Below, one piece after another: positions 58,386 to 64,000 of a DNA stretch of 64,000 nt (the stretch's first letter is position 1; every line of letters starts with the position of its first letter). A program made the translations under genes and the position numbers. Below the pieces are notes generated by a model. The model was not told the origin of the DNA. It worked only from the letters and a program-made list of their open reading frames with translations, and searched no databases. Origin of the DNA: Planctomycetota bacterium (GTDB lineage: Bacteria > Planctomycetota > UBA8742 > UBA2392); the NCBI GenBank assembly GCA_019636215.1, contig JAHBXZ010000005.1:129159-193158 (forward strand), written 5' to 3'.

Positions 58386-59870
58386 CTACTTGTCTACCCA
58401 CCACGACAGACGATATGCGGCCGCCACCGGCCACGGGCTGGTACCGCCATCTTCGGTCTTGCGCGCGGCCAGAGTTGCATACGCCGATTTGGCTTCGGCC
58501 CGTTTGCCGGGTTCGGATTCAAGTTTCCAGGCCTGGCGCATTTGTTCCGCGCGTTCGCGCTCGCGGACAACGGGCGCGAAGTCGCCCTCCAGGCGGGCCA
58601 GCGAGTCCCGGAACTTGCGGTCTTTGAGCCAGGCCGCGCCCTCGTATGCCTCCGCGATGGCACGAATGCGGCTTACTTCATACGGGTTGGGGATGACTTC
58701 GTTCTTGATGCAATCCGCCAGGAGTTTCTCAATGCGGGCTGATTCTGACTTGGCAGCTTTCTCAATCTCGCGGTCAAAGTCCTTGATGGCTTTCTTGGCG
58801 TCGCGCGCGATGGCCTTATCTTTTTCAATCGCGTGGACCCGCGCAATCGCTTCCTTCCAGTGGTCATCCGCGCACAAGGCAGTTACTTCCTTTACGTATG
58901 CGTCTGTGCTTTCCGCAAACGGCAGCGCCGATGGCTTGGGGCCGGCCGCCTTTGCGCAGGGCTGCGCGCCGGGCCCGCCAAGCTGGTTGATGACATCGCG
59001 GGTGATCTGCAGGCAGCGGCCGTTGACCTGGTGCCCCATCTTTGGGATTTCGTGGTACTGCACACAGGCACCATAGCTGCGGTACACGTTGCAGAACTGG
59101 CGCACCGCAGCCACCACGTTGGCGCTGCCCATCACGGCCGTTTCGTCTTCGCCCACGGTGGCAATCACCGGTACCGGCGGCATGGTGTCACGCGTGCCAA
59201 GGTTCGAGCCCGAACTGTAAAGAAACAGTCCGCGATAGCGAAACCCCGCCGGGTTCTGCTGCCACTCGCGTGATACCAGCCCGCCGGCCCAGCTTGTTCC
59301 CCACGAGAAACCCGAAACAAACACGCGCTGCGGATCCACCGGATGTTCGGCAATGGCCTTGTCGACCAACCACCGAGCGCCTTCCAGAATCTTGTCGCCC
59401 TTGGCCAGCGTGGGCCCGTTGAACCAGCCCTGCCCGCCTTCCTTCAACTCCTGGTACTGAAGGCCGATGGTGATCACCGGGTCGCGCGCCGTGCTCACAC
59501 GCGACACATTGTTCACTCGGCCCTTGCCGGGGTCGCCGTTGCCATGAAACGTGAACATCAGGGCAACCTTGCGGTCCTTTTCCAGGCCCTGCGGCACACT
59601 TACATAGCCCGTGAGTTTCTCGCAGCCCTCTACATCTATCTTGCACTCCGTCAGCGTGTTCCTGGTTGAATCGACTTTGCCGTCGTCGTCGCCGCCCAGG
59701 CCAAGCTGGGGCTCAAACAGCAGGCGATCCTTGGCGAATCGCTCAAGCGTATCCTTGCCTTCTTCGCGCAGTTGTTCTGGTGTGCGTGGGGCGGGATTTG
59801 GTTCCTGCTGACTTTGCACAACACTGTGCAGGCAGGCCGCAACCAGCAGGGCTAATGCAAGAGCGCGCAT
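58386..59870 (-). CDS. Secreted alpha/beta hydrolase (esterase / PHB-depolymerase-like)
   Basis: Signal peptide. Nucleophile elbow VSGFSWGTS (GxSxG). Confidence 0.55.
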   Translation of the reverse strand: MRALALALLVAACLHSVVQSQQEPNPAPRTPEQLREEGKDTLERFAKDRLLFEPQLGLGGDDDGKVDSTRNTLTECKIDVEGCEKLTGYVSVPQGLEKDRKVALMFTFHGNGDPGKGRVNNVSRVSTARDPVITIGLQYQELKEGGQGWFNGPTLAKGDKILEGARWLVDKAIAEHPVDPQRVFVSGFSWGTSWAGGLVSREWQQNPAGFRYRGLFLYSSGSNLGTRDTMPPVPVIATVGEDETAVMGSANVVAAVRQFCNVYRSYGACVQYHEIPKMGHQVNGRCLQITRDVINQLGGPGAQPCAKAAGPKPSALPFAESTDAYVKEVTALCADDHWKEAIARVHAIEKDKAIARDAKKAIKDFDREIEKAAKSESARIEKLLADCIKNEVIPNPYEVSRIRAIAEAYEGAAWLKDRKFRDSLARLEGDFAPVVRERERAEQMRQAWKLESEPGKRAEAKSAYATLAARKTEDGGTSPWPVAAAYRLSWWVDK

Positions 59871-59948
59871 AGGGTCTCACTACCGTCGGTGGCAACACCA
59901 TGCCGCAGACGCCCAGCCACTGCAAGGAAACTGATGATTTCGACAAAT

Positions 59949-60875
59949 CTATGACTTGTCGGTGCGCTGGGCCTGAAGCGGCGGGCAGGGGTACTCCTGC
60001 AGCCATTCTTCGATCAGCGCGGCCTCGGGCTCGCGGTTGGTGCGCACAAGCTGCATCGCCGCAAGTATCAGTATGGGAGCCACCACAAAGCACCCGGCAA
60101 GAAACTGCGTGCGAAGGCCCTTCTGCCAGGCCTGGCGGTCGCCGGCAACGTCGGCCAGGTCGTAGCCCCAGCCGAGCCAGGCCGTCACGCCCAGTTGAAA
60201 CAGCAGAATCCCGGCCCAGAACAACGGCGCGAAAAGACCCTTGGCCGGCGCGTAACGCAACGTGACCTGCCTGCCGCGTGCAGCCTCGCGCGCGGCCAGC
60301 CAGCGATCCACATGCTGGTTGATCAGGATGGTCACCCACCCCACGACAAACCACCCGGCATAGTTCGCCAACGGCACGTCAAAGTGGTTGCCCGGCACGG
60401 GGTAGTAGTAGATATCACCCAGAAACCAGTGCTTCCCGTGGTGGGTTACCGGGTCGACAATCAGGTCAATCACGACCATCAGGCAGGCGCCCAGAAACAA
60501 CGCGGCCGCCGAGTTGCGAACCTTGCGGGGCGTCACGCGCTGGACATCCAGCCCGCGTACCCACAGCGGCGAAAGGAAGAACTGCGCAAACGAGAAGCTG
60601 ACGTAACTGAGAAACGCAAACGACAGGCTGTCAAAAAAAGGCACGCCCGCGATCACCAGGTCGTTGCTGAGCGCGTCATAGTTGTAAACGTAAAAGCCAA
60701 ACGGGATGCCGTGGTTGATGCTGGTCCACTCTGCGGCAAAGGCGACCATGTAGCCCGAAACCATCCAGATCAACGTGCGCAACCGCCCCTGTTCCATCCA
60801 GCTGAGCGCAAGAAACGCCAGCAGAAACAGGGTGACGTAAGGCCGATGGGTGAATGACCAGAACAACCCGGACAT
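59949..60875 (-). CDS. Polytopic membrane protein, possibly of the carotenoid-biosynthesis-associated (DUF422-like) family
   Basis: Six to eight hydrophobic helices, including GIPFGFYVYN and VDPVTHHGKHWFLGD. The family assignment is weak. Confidence 0.35.
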   Translation of the reverse strand: MSGLFWSFTHRPYVTLFLLAFLALSWMEQGRLRTLIWMVSGYMVAFAAEWTSINHGIPFGFYVYNYDALSNDLVIAGVPFFDSLSFAFLSYVSFSFAQFFLSPLWVRGLDVQRVTPRKVRNSAAALFLGACLMVVIDLIVDPVTHHGKHWFLGDIYYYPVPGNHFDVPLANYAGWFVVGWVTILINQHVDRWLAAREAARGRQVTLRYAPAKGLFAPLFWAGILLFQLGVTAWLGWGYDLADVAGDRQAWQKGLRTQFLAGCFVVAPILILAAMQLVRTNREPEAALIEEWLQEYPCPPLQAQRTDKS

Positions 60876-60929
60876 GGCCTGTGTTTATACATGCCCGATG
60901 CGCGGGCAGGAGAGACTTTGCGCCGGCAC

Positions 60930-62216
60930 TCAATCGGCAAAGATGGCCGGGGTGCGTTCTGTGACTCCCCCGTCGGCGTTGCTGTGGTGTTCCAGTTGCC
61001 GAACCTCGGGGTCAAAGCGCACGGTGGCGTCCTGTGGCTCAAGCTCGCGAACCAGACGCCTGGCCTCTTTCAGGTTGGAGGCCATCACCCAGTAGGTTCG
61101 CTGATAGGCGCGAGGCCGGCCGGGCTCTTCATCGGCAAAGCCCGCTTCGTGTGCCGGGGCGACCGAAACGGTCAGTTCCATCCGCCGCGCCTTGGCCAGC
61201 GCCCGAGAGTCGTGATAGCGCAGTTCGGCAATCGCCGCAGGGCAGGCATCGACCGATTGGCGCAGGTGCTTCAACAGCACGGCACGGGCCTGCTGGCCCC
61301 GCCCCAAGGCGCGCAGGGCCCCGGCCTCGTTGGCGGCCAGCAGGTCAGCAAAGTGCGGGGCGCGATCGGCATAAGGCGCGTTGCCCAGCAGGCTGCGGGT
61401 GTGCGCAACCGCAGCCAGGGCGGCATCGTAGGCGCCCATCTGCCGCAGACAGAACACCTGCTGGGTCAGCAACTCGAAACTGTGAGGGTGATGCTTCAGG
61501 CCGGACTTCACTTTGCGGATGGCATTGGCGTAATCGCCGCGCGCGGCAAGGTTGGCCGCCCAGTTGTACCAGGCGTCGTGAAACTCCGGGTCGTCGTGCA
61601 GTGCCATCTGGAACATCACAGTCGCTTCTTTGTCGCGCTGTTCCATGGCAAGGGCGTTGCCCATGGCAGTCATGTACTGGGGCGAGTCGTGCTCAATCTC
61701 AAGGGCCTCCTTGAACCACTTGCGCGCCCCGCGTGGCCGCTTGAGGTTCAGAAAACACAGGCCCGTCATGTAAGCCGCATCGCCATTGCGCGGGTCACGC
61801 CGGAACGATTCGCGAAACTTGCGCAGCGCCCGCAGGTTGTACCCGTTGCGCAGAAGCACCACGCCATAGTTGAACAGCACATGGGCAGCCAGCGCGCCGG
61901 GGGCCACAGCCAGGGCGCGCTTGTATTTTTCAATCGCGCCCCGCGCGTCACCAATGCCGGCCAGCACGTTGCCCCACGCATCCAGCGCCGGAAAGAACCG
62001 CGGGTCCTGCCGTACGCAAAGCTGAAAGCGGTGCGCGGCCTCCAGCGGGTCGCCGCGCCGCGCCAGCACCACGCCACACAGGTAGTTGGCCTCAAGCGCA
62101 AGCCGGGGCTCCAGCAGATCCGTGTCCAGGGCCTCCAGCAGCATCTGTGCCCGCCCGAGGTCACCCTCATGAAACAGGCGCACTGCCGACCGCAATTGTT
62201 CTTCAGGTCCGCTCAC
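60930..62216 (-). CDS. Tetratricopeptide repeat protein
   Basis: Multiple 34-residue TPR-like repeats (A/L/Y/G periodicity) throughout its 428 aa. Confidence 0.75.
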   Translation of the reverse strand: MSGPEEQLRSAVRLFHEGDLGRAQMLLEALDTDLLEPRLALEANYLCGVVLARRGDPLEAAHRFQLCVRQDPRFFPALDAWGNVLAGIGDARGAIEKYKRALAVAPGALAAHVLFNYGVVLLRNGYNLRALRKFRESFRRDPRNGDAAYMTGLCFLNLKRPRGARKWFKEALEIEHDSPQYMTAMGNALAMEQRDKEATVMFQMALHDDPEFHDAWYNWAANLAARGDYANAIRKVKSGLKHHPHSFELLTQQVFCLRQMGAYDAALAAVAHTRSLLGNAPYADRAPHFADLLAANEAGALRALGRGQQARAVLLKHLRQSVDACPAAIAELRYHDSRALAKARRMELTVSVAPAHEAGFADEEPGRPRAYQRTYWVMASNLKEARRLVRELEPQDATVRFDPEVRQLEHHSNADGGVTERTPAIFAD

Positions 62217-62228
62217 GCCGCCAGTCTA

Positions 62229-63950
62229 TCAGGGCGTCACGGTTGTCGAGGCCGAGCCGGCCGCGGTGCTGGCCACCCCGGTGGCGGAATCCCGCGCGCG
62301 TGCCGTGGCAGAAACACCCAGGCTGCCGGTGTGCCCGGCCGTGGTGCGGACAGTCAGGCGCAGCGTCGCCGCAGGCGCAACACTGTCAAGCACCAAAGGC
62401 AACGCGGCAGCGCCGGTAGCCGGCCGCACAAAGGCGGCGAACCCGAGTTCAGCGCCTCCCACTGTTGCAAAGAAGGAATCTCCCAGCCGCAGCACCGTGG
62501 TGGTGCCGTCGAAGGTGACTGTGATGTCCACCCAATCCACCACCAGGTCGCGAACCGGCGACCCGCCCAGCGACCCGCGCGTGAACGTGAAGTCAATGTC
62601 GATCTCGTCGCCCTCAACAGCCGTAACCGGGGCCGTCAGAACCAGCGTGGACAACTGCGCCGTCTGGTCAAGGATGACAGGCGCCACCGCAACCCCGCGC
62701 GTGAAGTCCGGCACGTCGTCTGTCGTCACCGTGGGTGTGCCCGGCCCCTGGCTCTGGCCCGTCAGCACCGGCCGGATTGTGACGGCCGCGCCGGGCACAA
62801 GATCCGCCGGCAAAGCCGTGTCCAGGAACGTGAACCGGAAGGCCAGCGTGGCCACTTCGCCGGGCGATAAGTCTTCAAAGGCCAGCGTGTCGGGCAGAAT
62901 CAGCGCGCGGCCCGGCAACGAGCCGCTGAATTGGTCCATCACCACCGCGTTGCCGATCTGTGTCAGCGTCGTGGCGACAAGGTCAAGGGTCGTGCCGTTA
63001 ATGTCGAACGTCGACGGGTTCACCACGCGCAGCCGCAGCTCATAAACCTGGTCTGTACCAACCACCAGCGCCGCCGGATCCTGCGAGGCCGGGTACACGT
63101 TGTTGGCGTTGGCAGCGGGAGTAAACACCGGCCCGGCGTCCACGCGCCCGACGGCCGCATGCACCAGCAGCGGCTCTGTGCGGTTGGTGGTGCGCGCGTT
63201 GTCGGTCAGTGTGTAAACGGTCTGGCGCGCGATCTGGGAGTGTTCCGGCCGGTTGACCAGTTCAAACCTGACACGCCGGTGAACGGCACCCGTCGCCACG
63301 CGCAGCCCGAAAGGCACAAAACGCGTCGTCACACCGAAGTCAGGAATGCGCATGCGCAGCTCGCCTGCGCTGTGGAACAGGAACTGCCCGTCCACACCTA
63401 CAGAGTTGCGATCCACCGTAAACAGCGCGCCGATGTCATCAAAGCCGCGAATGATGAAGACGTCCGTGCGCCGCAAGCCTGCGCCGCGGATCGTCAGCTC
63501 CACGTTGCCGCTGAACGGGTAGTTGGCCACATCAATGTGGTCAACCCGTGTCGGGCGTGTTGCGCCGGTGGCTGCGGCCTGCAGGGCCAGCATGACACTT
63601 GGGACGGGATTGAAGGATCCGTTTCGCAGCGCGCCCGCGTAGCCGGTTTCGGTGACGTCCAGCGGCACCGTGGCAACCCAGGCCAGCAGCCGCGAGGCCC
63701 CGCCGGCGTCAATGCCGACCACGGCCGGAACCTGGTTCAAGAAGGTCTCCGGCACCCCGAAGTAGCTGCCGTCTATCACGCCGTCTTCGGCATCACGGAA
63801 CAGCGCTTCATAGAAATCCAGGGCGTCATCGGCTCCGGCGCTGGCGGCCACAAAATCGTTGGCGGCCTTGGCCAGTTGCAACCCTACCCACGTGTACGAG
63901 GTCGCGCGGTCGTTGTCTTCCAGGTAGTATTCTTTCGCTGGCGCGAACAT
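62229..63950 (-). CDS. Hypothetical protein, Thr/Val/Ala-rich and probably beta-rich. The N-terminus may lie beyond the window edge.
   Basis: Long ORF with non-random composition. No signal peptide at the reported Met. 12 bp upstream of the TPR gene. Confidence 0.45.
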   Translation of the reverse strand: MFAPAKEYYLEDNDRATSYTWVGLQLAKAANDFVAASAGADDALDFYEALFRDAEDGVIDGSYFGVPETFLNQVPAVVGIDAGGASRLLAWVATVPLDVTETGYAGALRNGSFNPVPSVMLALQAAATGATRPTRVDHIDVANYPFSGNVELTIRGAGLRRTDVFIIRGFDDIGALFTVDRNSVGVDGQFLFHSAGELRMRIPDFGVTTRFVPFGLRVATGAVHRRVRFELVNRPEHSQIARQTVYTLTDNARTTNRTEPLLVHAAVGRVDAGPVFTPAANANNVYPASQDPAALVVGTDQVYELRLRVVNPSTFDINGTTLDLVATTLTQIGNAVVMDQFSGSLPGRALILPDTLAFEDLSPGEVATLAFRFTFLDTALPADLVPGAAVTIRPVLTGQSQGPGTPTVTTDDVPDFTRGVAVAPVILDQTAQLSTLVLTAPVTAVEGDEIDIDFTFTRGSLGGSPVRDLVVDWVDITVTFDGTTTVLRLGDSFFATVGGAELGFAAFVRPATGAAALPLVLDSVAPAATLRLTVRTTAGHTGSLGVSATARARDSATGVASTAAGSASTTVTP

Positions 63951-64000
63951 CGGCCCCGATGGCGGCGCCGGAAGTTCCTGTGCCAGGTCCGACCTCAGGC

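Noticed and set aside
59949-60875. Membrane protein as the CPBP/CAAX-type sorting protease for the Gly-Cys-TM-Arg tails
   Set aside because: It lacks the EExxxR, FxxxH and HxxxN/D CPBP motifs.
60891-62870. 659-aa plus-strand ORF
   Set aside because: It is antisense to the TPR protein gene and to the following minus-strand gene. It is Arg/Gly-rich junk-like sequence with no motifs.

Overview
This is a high-GC (about 65-70% by eye), gene-dense bacterial chromosomal segment. Neighbouring genes often overlap by ATGA/GTGA, which suggests translational coupling. I found no CRISPR array, transposase, integrase or phage gene. The long ORFs antisense to recognisable genes look like high-GC artefacts. 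The recognisable content, left to right, is as follows. (1) An SDR epimerase and a roughly 2,200-aa beta-helix/Ig-repeat surface protein, divergent from a Ser/Thr kinase. (2) glmU-prs, a clan-CD-like cysteine peptidase, then the cluster L25(Ctc)-S6-SSB-S18-L9 with a clean terminator. (3) A System I cytochrome c maturation cluster: a CXXXY-type ccmE, a 1,084-aa ccmF carrying a roughly 390-aa insertion, ccmH, two adjacent proteins carrying a CcmI-type cytoplasmic motif, and a ccmA-like ATPase; ccmB, ccmC, ccmD and ccmG are absent from the window. (4) Five consecutive prepilin-type pseudopilin genes (two GspG-like, then H/I/J-like) followed by a terminator and a metallophosphoesterase. (5) A sugar dehydrogenase/PKD surface protein, an unusually large (682 aa) type I signal peptidase, bcp, acyl-CoA dehydrogenase, a GNAT, dienelactone hydrolase, rsmH, an XRE-cupin regulator, a fasciclin protein, a Gly-rich surface protein split by an in-frame TGA, an MtfA-like M90 peptidase and a duplicated ABC ATPase. 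(6) tRNA-Leu(GAG) with its own promoter and terminator, then glnA behind a palindrome-rich leader. (7) An orphan Dam-like N6-adenine methyltransferase, divergent from a four-gene ATGA-coupled amidoligase operon (papain/C39-like peptidase, RLAN-ATP-grasp ligase, GCS2 carboxylate-amine ligase, N-formylglutamate-amidohydrolase-family hydrolase). That operon is followed on the same strand by a secreted transglutaminase-core protein, DUF1428 and an N-terminally truncated GH3 amido-synthetase, and then by convergent hydrolases, a membrane protein and a TPR protein. Three exported proteins share a C-terminal tail (Gly-run-Cys, hydrophobic helix, Arg cluster) that resembles MYXO-CTERM/GlyGly-CTERM-type sorting signals. 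Lineage guess, inference only: a high-GC Gram-negative, possibly Myxococcota, deltaproteobacteria-like or Planctomycetota/Verrucomicrobia-like. The most system-like candidate for something undescribed is the amidoligase locus at 49-56.6 kb, which includes the palindromic divergent control region it shares with the methyltransferase.
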